Below the pieces are notes generated by a model. It searched no databases, was not told the DNA's origin, and worked only from the letters and a program-made list of their open reading frames with translations. Shown piece by piece: positions 1 through 7,961 of a DNA stretch of 64,000 nt (position 1 is its first letter; each line of letters opens with the position of its first letter). The DNA comes from Candidatus Velthaea sp. (GTDB taxonomy: Bacteria > Vulcanimicrobiota > Vulcanimicrobiia > Vulcanimicrobiales > Vulcanimicrobiaceae), in NCBI GenBank assembly GCA_965214935.1, contig CBDCCS010000011.1:32001-96000 (forward strand), given 5' to 3'. A program made the position numbers and the translations under genes.

Positions 1-116
1 CGACGCTGCCGCTGAGCGCCCGGGTGAACGAGCTCGAGAAATTCAAGGTGTACGCGGGAACGAATCGCGATAAGCTGACCGTGCAAGTCGTCGAGATCGT
101 CAAGGGCGAGGAGTAG
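1..116 (+). CDS. fliM: 3' end of flagellar motor switch protein FliM (partial, SpoA-like C-terminus)
   Basis: Frame from position 3 reads TLPLSARVNELEKFKVYAGTNRDKLTVQVVEIVKGEE* (TAG 114-116); lies directly before fliY/N. Confidence 0.7.
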   Translation, partial: TLPLSARVNELEKFKVYAGTNRDKLTVQVVEIVKGEE

Positions 117-120
117 CGCG

Positions 121-978
121 GTGGATCGAACGCGCGCGGACGTCATGTTCGCCTCGGCGGCCGAGGTTCTCGGCGCGCTCGTCGACCGAACGGTCACGCC
201 GGGGCCGTCGGCAACGGCGGCGAGCGAAGCGTCGATTCGAGTCGAACCGCAGACCGTCGCGACGATCAGTCACATTCCGTCCGCCGGCGTATCGTTCATC
301 TCGCAATACGAGAAACGTGCACTGGCACAAGTCGTCGAGGTCATGCTCGGCACGCCCGCAGGCGACGGCGAGATGGACGCAATGCAACTGTCGATCGTGT
401 CTGAAACAGTCGCCCAAATTTCAAGCGCGATGGCCGAGCGGCTCACCCAAGAGCTCAAAGTTGCCTCCTCGAACATCACCTCGGAGGTACCGACCGAAGC
501 GTCGGCTTTCCCGCCGCCGCCGTTCACGGCGTTCGAGGCAACGCTCGATATTGCCGGCGAGTTCACGCTCGCATTAACGCTGGCGTTCGACGGCGTGGCT
601 TTAGCAGCGATGGAACCGCCGGCAGCACCGGCGCGACCGGCCCCGCGTCCGGCGGCACCGGCACCGCCGAGTCAGCCGGCGGGTTTTTCGCCGATGGCGC
701 CGACCCCGATTCGCGCCGCGCCGCCGGGTCAATCGAATCTCGACCTCGTTCACGATATTCCGCTTGAAATTTCGGCGGTGCTCGGTCAGACGGCGATGTC
801 GCTGCGCGATGTTGTCGCATTGCAGAACGGCAGCGTGCTCGAACTCGATAAGCTGTCGACGGATCCGATCGATCTTTATGTCAACAACATCTTGATCGCG
901 CGCGGCGAGGTCGTCGTCGTCGATGAGAAGTTCGCCGTTAAGATCAGCGAACTCAATCCGGTCGTCGATAAGGTGTAA
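121..978 (+). CDS. fliN: Flagellar switch protein FliY/FliN (CheC-like N-domain, Pro/Ala linker, FliN domain)
   Basis: C-terminal NLDLVHDIPLEISAVLG...IARGEVVVVDEKFAVKI is a typical FliN domain; the N-terminal half is CheC/FliY-like. Confidence 0.9.
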   Translation: MDRTRADVMFASAAEVLGALVDRTVTPGPSATAASEASIRVEPQTVATISHIPSAGVSFISQYEKRALAQVVEVMLGTPAGDGEMDAMQLSIVSETVAQISSAMAERLTQELKVASSNITSEVPTEASAFPPPPFTAFEATLDIAGEFTLALTLAFDGVALAAMEPPAAPARPAPRPAAPAPPSQPAGFSPMAPTPIRAAPPGQSNLDLVHDIPLEISAVLGQTAMSLRDVVALQNGSVLELDKLSTDPIDLYVNNILIARGEVVVVDEKFAVKISELNPVVDKV

Positions 979-1047
979 AGAATTCGGCAGCGCGCGTAGA
1001 ATTGAAGTTCGCGACGTGGTACGTTGCCGAACTTGCATGATACCGCA

Positions 1048-1398
1048 ATGGATATCGCCTTTGTCTTAAAAGTCGTCTGGGCGTTTGCGCTCGTCGCATT
1101 ATTACTTGTCGCACTAAGTTATATCGTGCGTGCGTTGTCGCGCAGCCGGCTCGTCGTTTCGGCGAATCGCAAGATCGTCACCATCGTCGAATCGACATCG
1201 CTTGCTCAAAACGTCACCTTGCACGTCGTCAAGGTCGGCGAGCGATTCTATCTACTCGGCGGCGGTTCGGCGGGCTTAACAAAAATCGACGACGTTCCGG
1301 TCGACTTCGCGCAAACGTGGCTCGACGAGCAGCGGCTGAGCTTAACGGGGCAGCGTGACGCAGTGATGCGGCTGATAAGCCGTTTCCGAACGCCATGA
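1048..1398 (+). CDS. fliO: Flagellar biosynthesis protein FliO
   Basis: Single N-terminal TM followed by IVESTSLAQNVTLHVVKVGERFYLLGG; sits between fliN and fliP. Start ATG 1048 or TTG 1024. Confidence 0.8.
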   Translation: MDIAFVLKVVWAFALVALLLVALSYIVRALSRSRLVVSANRKIVTIVESTSLAQNVTLHVVKVGERFYLLGGGSAGLTKIDDVPVDFAQTWLDEQRLSLTGQRDAVMRLISRFRTP

Positions 1399-2180
1399 TG
1401 CGCCGCTCGGTCGCGACCGCTTCGCTTGCGCTCGTGCTCGGACTTCTGTGCTTCGCGCATCCGGCGTGGGCGCAGAGTATCGCCGGCCCCGCCGCCCCGA
1501 GCATTCCGATACCGAAGATCAATTTTGGCGTCTCGCCGGCGACCAAGCCGTCCGACGTCGCGCTGTCGCTGCAGATCCTGCTGTTGCTGACGGTCCTGAC
1601 GCTCGCGCCGACCCTGCTCGTCCTCGTTACGTCATTCACGCGAATCGTGATCGTCCTGTCGTTCGTTCGTACGGCGTTAGGAACGCAGCAAGTTCCGCCG
1701 ACCCAAGTTCTCGTCGGTTTGGCGTTGCTCTTGACGTTCTTCGTCATGAATCCCGTCATCAACGATATCAACAAGAACGCGTTGCAACCGTATCTTGCCA
1801 ATCATCTGTCGCAGCCGGCCGCTCTCGAGCGCGCGACGCAACCGTTGCGCACGTTTATGTTCCGCCAAACGCGCGAGAAAGACATCGCCTTATTCTACAC
1901 GCTCTCCAAAGAAGCGCGTCCCGTAAAACCGGCCGATGTGCCGACCTATCTGCTCGTGCCCGCGTTCGTGATTAGCGAACTTAAAACAGCCTTTGAGATC
2001 GGCTTTGCAATTTACATTCCGTTCATCGTTATCGATATGGTGGTCGCGTCGATCTTACTCTCGATGGGAATGATGATGATCCCGCCGGTCACCATTTCGT
2101 TACCGTTCAAAATCTTGATTTTTCTGCTCGTCGACGGCTGGAATCTCACCGTGAACGCGCTGTTCGCAAGCTTCCATTGA
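1395..2180 (+). CDS. fliP: Flagellar export gate protein FliP
   Basis: TSFTRIVIVLS, QQVPP.QVL.GLAL, PAFVISELKTAF and PFK motifs; signal peptide. Confidence 0.97.
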   Translation: MMRRSVATASLALVLGLLCFAHPAWAQSIAGPAAPSIPIPKINFGVSPATKPSDVALSLQILLLLTVLTLAPTLLVLVTSFTRIVIVLSFVRTALGTQQVPPTQVLVGLALLLTFFVMNPVINDINKNALQPYLANHLSQPAALERATQPLRTFMFRQTREKDIALFYTLSKEARPVKPADVPTYLLVPAFVISELKTAFEIGFAIYIPFIVIDMVVASILLSMGMMMIPPVTISLPFKILIFLLVDGWNLTVNALFASFH

Positions 2181-2227
2181 AGACATGGGTGTAAAGGCAT
2201 GGTTCACACCGTGAAGGTCGACGTGCG

Positions 2228-2497
2228 ATGACTTATGCCGCCGCGCTTTCTTTGGGCCGTGAAGCAATCTTTACCGCACTCATCGTAGCCGCGCCGATGC
2301 TCGTACTAGGTTTGGTCACCGGCTTGGTCGTTTCGATCTTTCAAGCCGTGACGCAGATTCAAGAACAAACGTTGACGTTTATTCCAAAGATATTGATCTC
2401 CGCGCTGGCGCTGCTGTTTTTCGGTCCGTTCATGCTCGCGATGCTGACCTCGTTCACGTCGCGCGTCTTTACCAACATTCCGCAATATTTGAAATAA
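2228..2497 (+). CDS. fliQ: Flagellar export gate protein FliQ
   Basis: 89 aa with FQAVTQIQEQTLTFIPK motif. Confidence 0.97.
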   Translation: MTYAAALSLGREAIFTALIVAAPMLVLGLVTGLVVSIFQAVTQIQEQTLTFIPKILISALALLFFGPFMLAMLTSFTSRVFTNIPQYLK

Positions 2498-2503
2498 GCG
2501 CGC

Positions 2504-3328
2504 ATGAGCGGTGCCGGAGCTTTCGATCTGTTCGGGCTGAGCGAAGCGCGTTTCGAGACGCTGCTGCTCATCGTCATCCGCATTACGCTCATGCTCGCGC
2601 TCGTACCGTTCTTTTCCGGTACGCAGATTCCGATCGGCGTGCGCATCGGCCTCGGCTTTTTACTGACGTTCGTCATCGCGCAAACCGTGCCGACATTAAC
2701 GGTGGCCTTGCAGCTCGGTCCCTTTGTCGCAGCCGTCATCACTCAGGCGTTCATCGGTCTCGTCTTCGGCTTCACGGCCTTCCTCGTTTTTACCGGCATT
2801 CAGTTCGCCGGTGCGATCCTCGATATGCAAGCCGGATTCGGTGCCGTTAGCGTGCTCAATCCGACCACGCAGCAGCAAGTGACGATTTTGAGCGAATTCG
2901 AATTAGCGCTCGCGTACCTTTTGTATCTGGGGACGAACTCGCACTACTTGCTGCTCGAAGGCATCAGCGGGTCGTTTCGGCTGCTGCCCTTACCGTGGGC
3001 GGCGCCCGACGCCATGCTCGAGCGAACCGTCATGGCCTTTTTTGCGCAAGCGCTTTTTATCGTGCTGCGGATCGCCGGCCCGGTCGTAATCACGCTGTTC
3101 CTGACGAACGTTGCGCTCGGCCTGATGTCGCGCGTCGCGCCGCAAATGAACGTCTTTTCCGTCGGCTTGCCGCTGCAGTCGCTTGTCGCATTGACGATGA
3201 TCATCATTACGATGCCGCTGCTCGGTGCGGTTCTGCCCGAGATCTTTGCCGAAACGCCCGCTCAGCTGGACACCGTGCTGCGTCACTTGCAACCGGTCGC
3301 TGCGCCGGGCGCGTTGCGAACGCGGTAA
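2504..3328 (+). CDS. fliR: Flagellar export gate protein FliR
   Basis: Multi-TM; AGAILDMQAGFG and RVAPQMNVF motifs; position after fliQ. Confidence 0.95.
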   Translation: MSGAGAFDLFGLSEARFETLLLIVIRITLMLALVPFFSGTQIPIGVRIGLGFLLTFVIAQTVPTLTVALQLGPFVAAVITQAFIGLVFGFTAFLVFTGIQFAGAILDMQAGFGAVSVLNPTTQQQVTILSEFELALAYLLYLGTNSHYLLLEGISGSFRLLPLPWAAPDAMLERTVMAFFAQALFIVLRIAGPVVITLFLTNVALGLMSRVAPQMNVFSVGLPLQSLVALTMIIITMPLLGAVLPEIFAETPAQLDTVLRHLQPVAAPGALRTR

Positions 3329-3331
3329 GGT

Positions 3332-4399
3332 ATGGCGAAGCCGGGGCAAACCGAGAAGGCGACACCCAAACGCAAGTCGGACGCGCGCGAGAAAGGCCAA
3401 GTCGCAAAGTCGCCGGACATCGCCGCCGCGGCGGTTTTCCTGGGAATCGTTATCGCTCTGCATATTGCTTTTAACGCAACGGTGGCTTCGGCGGTGCAAG
3501 CGTTCACGATCGCCTTCGAGCACATCGGCGTTCATCACGAGCTTTCGGTGCACAGCGTCTGGGTTGAAGCCGCGCGCAACCTCGTTCCGTACATTTCGGT
3601 TTTCGCGTTGACCTTCGGCTTCGCCGTCGTCATCGGCGTCGGTGCGAACGTGGCGCAATTCGGTTTTCTGTTTGCACCACAAATGCTCAAGCCCAAACTC
3701 TCGAAGCTCAATCCGATCAGCGGCTTCCAGCGCATCTTGATTTCGCCGCAGACCGCAATCCAGCTGCTCAAACAGCTTGCCAAGCTCGGCGTCGTTGTTG
3801 CAATCGTCTATTGGCAAGTCAACGACCGGCTGGGCTCGTTTTACATGCTCGCTCACGGCTCGCCGATGGACGTGTTGACGACGGTCGAAGACGTGACGTT
3901 CAACATCGGCGTCCGCTTCGGCATGCTGCTGCTCGTTCTCGGATGCGCCGACTATGCGTGGGAACGTCATCGTCTCGCCGAGTCGCTCAAGATGAGCAAA
4001 ACCGAAGTGAAAGAAGAAGCCAAGCAATCCGAAGGCAGTCCGGAAGCGAAGGGCGCGGTCAAGTCGCGTCAGCGCGCTTCGGCCCGGCGCCGAATGATGG
4101 CAGCCGTTCCGCGCGCCACCGTCGTCGTCACCAACCCGACGCATTTCGCCGTCGCGTTGGAATGGGACGAGTTGACGATGGCAGCGCCCGTGCTGGTCGC
4201 GAAGGGTGCCGATCTCATGGCGAAGCGCATTCGTGAGACTGCTGCCGAGCATCGCATTCCGATCATGGAAAACCCGCCGCTCGCGCGCACCCTGTACGAC
4301 AAAGTACCGCTCGACTCGCCGGTCCCGCCGAATCTATACGCCGCCGTCGCGCAGGTCATCGCGTTCGTTTACAAGCTCAAGAATCGAACCGTTGCCTAA
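3332..4399 (+). CDS. flhB: Flagellar export switch protein FlhB
   Basis: TEKATPKR...EKGQVAKS N-terminus, NPTH autocleavage motif, ENPPLARTLY. Confidence 0.97.
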   Translation: MAKPGQTEKATPKRKSDAREKGQVAKSPDIAAAAVFLGIVIALHIAFNATVASAVQAFTIAFEHIGVHHELSVHSVWVEAARNLVPYISVFALTFGFAVVIGVGANVAQFGFLFAPQMLKPKLSKLNPISGFQRILISPQTAIQLLKQLAKLGVVVAIVYWQVNDRLGSFYMLAHGSPMDVLTTVEDVTFNIGVRFGMLLLVLGCADYAWERHRLAESLKMSKTEVKEEAKQSEGSPEAKGAVKSRQRASARRRMMAAVPRATVVVTNPTHFAVALEWDELTMAAPVLVAKGADLMAKRIRETAAEHRIPIMENPPLARTLYDKVPLDSPVPPNLYAAVAQVIAFVYKLKNRTVA

Positions 4400-4423
4400 G
4401 AACGACTCGTGGTATGCCGATAT
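4397..4423 (+). promoter_or_regulatory. Sigma-28 (FliA/SigD)-type promoter upstream of flhA
   Basis: TAAG (4397-4400), 15 nt spacer, GCCGATAT (4416-4423); consensus is TAAA-N15-GCCGATAW. Confidence 0.7.
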
Positions 4424-4453
4424 CACCGGTAACGTCATGCAGAGCAAATCACA

Positions 4454-6580
4454 TTGGCGGTGACCGCCGCATCCACACCGCGTAAAGGCATCGTCGATCT
4501 GATCGCCGGCTCGGCGCAGATCTGGGTCGCCGCTGCATCCGTTCTGCTTGTCATATTAATGATCGTGCCGGTCTCGCCGTGGGTGCTCGACCTGCTGCTT
4601 TCGGTGAACATCGCGCTGGCACTCGTTATTTTGTTAACGACGCTTTACACCGAAAACGCGCTCGCCTTCAGCGTCTTTCCGACGCTGCTGCTCATCATCA
4701 CGCTCTTCCGGCTTTCGCTCAATATCACCGGTACGCGCTCGATTCTGCTGCACGGCTATGCCGGCGAAGTTATCGAGTCGTTCGGTAATTATGTCGTCGG
4801 CGGAAATTACGCCGTCGGTATGGTGATCTTTGCGATCTTGTTGATCATCCAATTTATGGTGATCACCTCGGGTGCCGGCCGCGTTGCGGAAGTCGCGGCG
4901 CGCTTCACGCTCGATGCGATGCCGGGTAAACAGCTCGCGATCGACGCCGATCTCAACGCCGGGCTCATCACCGAAGCCGACGCGCGTCAACGGCGTAAAG
5001 ATATTCAGCGGTCGGCCGACTTCTACGGCGCGATGGACGGTGCATCGAAATTCGTGCGCGGCGATGCGGTCGCCGCGATCATCATCGTCTTCGTCAACAT
5101 CATCGGCGGGTTCGTCATCGGCATCTTTCAGCAAGGGCTGCCGCTGCTCGTGGCGCTGCAGCGCTACACGTTGCTGACGATCGGTGAAGGTATCGTCACG
5201 CAGATTCCGGCGCTCTTGATCTCGACGGCGACCGGCATCATCGTGACCCGCGCGGCTGCCGAAGGCTCGTTCGGCCTCGAACTGACAAGCCAACTCGTTC
5301 AGCAGCCCAAGGCGCTGGCAATAGCTGCCGGTCTGCTGATTTTGTTCGGCCTTTTCGGTCTGCCGCCGCTCTTTATGTTCACGATGGCGGCGATCATGAT
5401 CGGCCTGTTTTTCCGGCAGCGCAAGCTGCAGTTGACGAGCGGCAAGCCCTCGACGTTGGCAACCGCCGGCGGCGGGGTGGCGGGCACGTCAACCGTGCCC
5501 GCGGTCAAACCCGCCGAGTCGGTGGTGCCGCTCTTGGCGTACGATCCAATGGAACTCGAAATCGGCTTCGGCCTTATACCGCTCGTCGACGTCAGTCAAG
5601 GCGGCGACTTGCTCGAGCGGATTACGATGATCCGCCGTCATGCGGCGCGCGAAATCGGTATCGTCGTGCCGCCGATCCGCGTGCGCGACAATCTGCAACT
5701 GACGCCGTCGACGTACATCGTAAAAATTTACGGCCTGGAAGTGGCGCGGTCCGAAATCATGGTCTCGCGTTTGCTGGCGATGAATCCCGGTACTGCGACG
5801 AGCGACATCGACGGCATTCCCACGACCGAACCGGCATTCAATCTGCCCGCCTTGTGGATCTCGGAAAGCGCACGCGGCGACGCCGAGATCGCCGGCTATA
5901 CCGTGATCGATCCGACCAGCGTGATTGCAACGCACATCACCGAAGTCATCAAAGCGCATGCGCCGGACCTGCTCGGGCGCCAAGAGACGTCGGCGCTGCT
6001 CGACAACGTCAAGGGGCATTACCCCGTGGTCGTCGATGAACTCGTCCCCGGATTGCTGACGGTGGGTGAAGTTCAGCGCGTTTTACAAAATCTGCTGCGC
6101 GAACGGATTCCGATTCGCAATCTGTTGCTGATCCTCGAAAATCTTGCCGACGGCGCCCGGCTCTCGAAAGACATCGACTTTCTCACCGAGCGCGTGCGGG
6201 TCGCCATGGGCCGGCATATCTGCGCGGAGTACGCCGAAGATGGTTTGCTTTCGGTCATCACCGTCGATCCGCGGCTCGAGACGTTGCTGGGCGAAGCGGT
6301 GCGGCGCGGTGAAGATGCGTACGCGCTGCTCGATCCGTCGACCGTCGCCCGCATCTACGGTTCGCTGACTAAACAAATGCAGATCGCGCAACAAAACGGA
6401 TTGGCGCCGATCGTTCTATCGTCGCCGTCCGTCCGGCTGGCTCTCAAACGCCTGACCGAACGTGCGGCCCCGCAGCTCGTGGTTCTGTCGTACAGCGAGA
6501 TCGCGCCCGGACTGCGTGTCGAGTCGATCGGGCAAATCTCCACGACCGACGATGCCGTGACGTCCGGTGTGGCGGCGTGA
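4454..6580 (+). CDS. flhA: Flagellar export protein FlhA
   Basis: RVAEVAARFTLDAMPGKQ.AIDADL and FYGAMDGASKFV.GDA motifs. Confidence 0.98.
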   Translation: MAVTAASTPRKGIVDLIAGSAQIWVAAASVLLVILMIVPVSPWVLDLLLSVNIALALVILLTTLYTENALAFSVFPTLLLIITLFRLSLNITGTRSILLHGYAGEVIESFGNYVVGGNYAVGMVIFAILLIIQFMVITSGAGRVAEVAARFTLDAMPGKQLAIDADLNAGLITEADARQRRKDIQRSADFYGAMDGASKFVRGDAVAAIIIVFVNIIGGFVIGIFQQGLPLLVALQRYTLLTIGEGIVTQIPALLISTATGIIVTRAAAEGSFGLELTSQLVQQPKALAIAAGLLILFGLFGLPPLFMFTMAAIMIGLFFRQRKLQLTSGKPSTLATAGGGVAGTSTVPAVKPAESVVPLLAYDPMELEIGFGLIPLVDVSQGGDLLERITMIRRHAAREIGIVVPPIRVRDNLQLTPSTYIVKIYGLEVARSEIMVSRLLAMNPGTATSDIDGIPTTEPAFNLPALWISESARGDAEIAGYTVIDPTSVIATHITEVIKAHAPDLLGRQETSALLDNVKGHYPVVVDELVPGLLTVGEVQRVLQNLLRERIPIRNLLLILENLADGARLSKDIDFLTERVRVAMGRHICAEYAEDGLLSVITVDPRLETLLGEAVRRGEDAYALLDPSTVARIYGSLTKQMQIAQQNGLAPIVLSSPSVRLALKRLTERAAPQLVVLSYSEIAPGLRVESIGQISTTDDAVTSGVAA

Positions 6581-7266
6581 AGCTATTTAAGGTCTTCGGC
6601 GGCAGTCCGCGCGTTGCGTCGGGATCGCGCGTTGCGCGCGAGCAATTGCCGGAAGTCAACGCGTTCGTTGAAGTGGCCGTCGGCGGGGATGCACGCCGGC
6701 GTCAATCCATACCCGTTGACGCGATTGACGCGCAAACGTTCTCGATGCGGCTGCTGCCCGGCCTGGATGTCGGCACGAGTGCCGATTTCGTCTACACCAC
6801 GCCGGCCGGCCGGTTTCGCTTTACGACCGTCTGCTGCCGCCTCGACACGCGCCAAGCCCATTTCGAGACGCCGCTCGAAGTGCGGACGCTGTCTTCATTC
6901 GGCGGCAAGCGCAGTTCGGTGCGCTTCGAGCTCGTGCTGCCGGCCCAGTGGCGCTTCGCACCCGACGGTAAGGGCAACGGCGAATTCGAGAAGGGCGCCA
7001 TGTGCGACATCAGCCGGGGCGGCGCAGCGCTTACGCTTGCACGCGACGTTAAGAACGGTGCCTACCTCGAAGTTCGATTTTCTTTAGAGCCGGCGTCGCC
7101 GCCGATCGTCGCCCTGGGCCAAGTTCTGCGCTCGGTTAAGATCGCTAAATCCGGCAAAAGCTCCGCAGCAATTCGCTTCGTCGACCTTTCCCGGTCGCAT
7201 GAAGATCAGATCAATACGTTCATTCGCGAGCATCAGCTCATGCGGCGCGATCGCGGAGTCGTTTAG
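6577..7266 (+). CDS. PilZ-domain c-di-GMP receptor, YcgR/MotI-like flagellar brake
   Basis: RSSVR (RxxxR) and DISRGG (DxSxxG) motifs; GTGA overlap with the flhA stop. Confidence 0.85.
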   Translation: MKLFKVFGGSPRVASGSRVAREQLPEVNAFVEVAVGGDARRRQSIPVDAIDAQTFSMRLLPGLDVGTSADFVYTTPAGRFRFTTVCCRLDTRQAHFETPLEVRTLSSFGGKRSSVRFELVLPAQWRFAPDGKGNGEFEKGAMCDISRGGAALTLARDVKNGAYLEVRFSLEPASPPIVALGQVLRSVKIAKSGKSSAAIRFVDLSRSHEDQINTFIREHQLMRRDRGVV

Positions 7267-7270
7267 CGAC

Positions 7271-7876
7271 GTGAGCGTCCTGCATCTCAGCGATTTACAA
7301 AAAGACGCGCTCAAAGAAGTCGGCAACATCGGTGCCGGTCATGCGGCAACGTCGCTTTCGCAGTTACTCAACACCACCATTGCGCTGAGCGAGCCGTCGA
7401 TCGACATTTTAAAGTTTCGCGACCTTTCGCTGCGTTTCGCCGCCGAGAAACGGCTGGTAGCCGCGCTGCACATGTACGTGCGCGGCGAAGCACCCGGGCA
7501 AATCATCGTGCTTATCGATCGCGAGCAGGCCCTGGGCTACGTCCGGAGCTTCATCACCCGTATCATCGGCAACATTCGCATCTTTGATTCGATCGTCGAT
7601 ACGACGCTCAAACAACTCGGCAACTTTATGGCCGGCGCCTATCTGACCGCGCTTTCATCGCTGACGGGCGTCGCACTCGTGCCGTCCGTGCCGATGCTAT
7701 CGTACGGCACCGTGCATGCCGCTTTTCGGAGCTTGCTCTCGATCTTGCCGGATCAAGACGTCTTCGTCATCGAGTCGTCGTTTTTGGATAAGGAGCGCGG
7801 TGTCTGCGGCCGCTTCATTCTCATCCCGGAAACCGGCTCGCTTCACGCGCTGCTGGCGGCGTTCGGCGTCGATTAG
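7271..7876 (+). CDS. cheC: Chemotaxis phosphatase CheC
   Basis: DALKEVGNIGAGHAATSLS motif; likely GTG start at 7271. Confidence 0.92.
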   Translation: MSVLHLSDLQKDALKEVGNIGAGHAATSLSQLLNTTIALSEPSIDILKFRDLSLRFAAEKRLVAALHMYVRGEAPGQIIVLIDREQALGYVRSFITRIIGNIRIFDSIVDTTLKQLGNFMAGAYLTALSSLTGVALVPSVPMLSYGTVHAAFRSLLSILPDQDVFVIESSFLDKERGVCGRFILIPETGSLHALLAAFGVD

Positions 7877-7919
7877 AGCAACTCAAAGCCGACTACCGTG
7901 CGCGCACCGTGCTCCGGCT

Positions 7920-7946
7920 TAAGCCGGCCGCGGTCGCGACCGAATC
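7920..7946 (+). promoter_or_regulatory. Possible sigma-28-type promoter upstream of cheA
   Basis: TAAG-N15-ACCGAATC in the cheC-cheA gap; the -10 match is weaker. Confidence 0.4.
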
Positions 7947-7961
7947 ACTAAGAGAATACTT

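Noticed and set aside
2990..4252. Long antisense or alternative-frame ORFs (for example 420 aa here and 348 aa at 47702-48748)
   Set aside because: Shadow ORFs of well-supported genes, expected in high-GC DNA.
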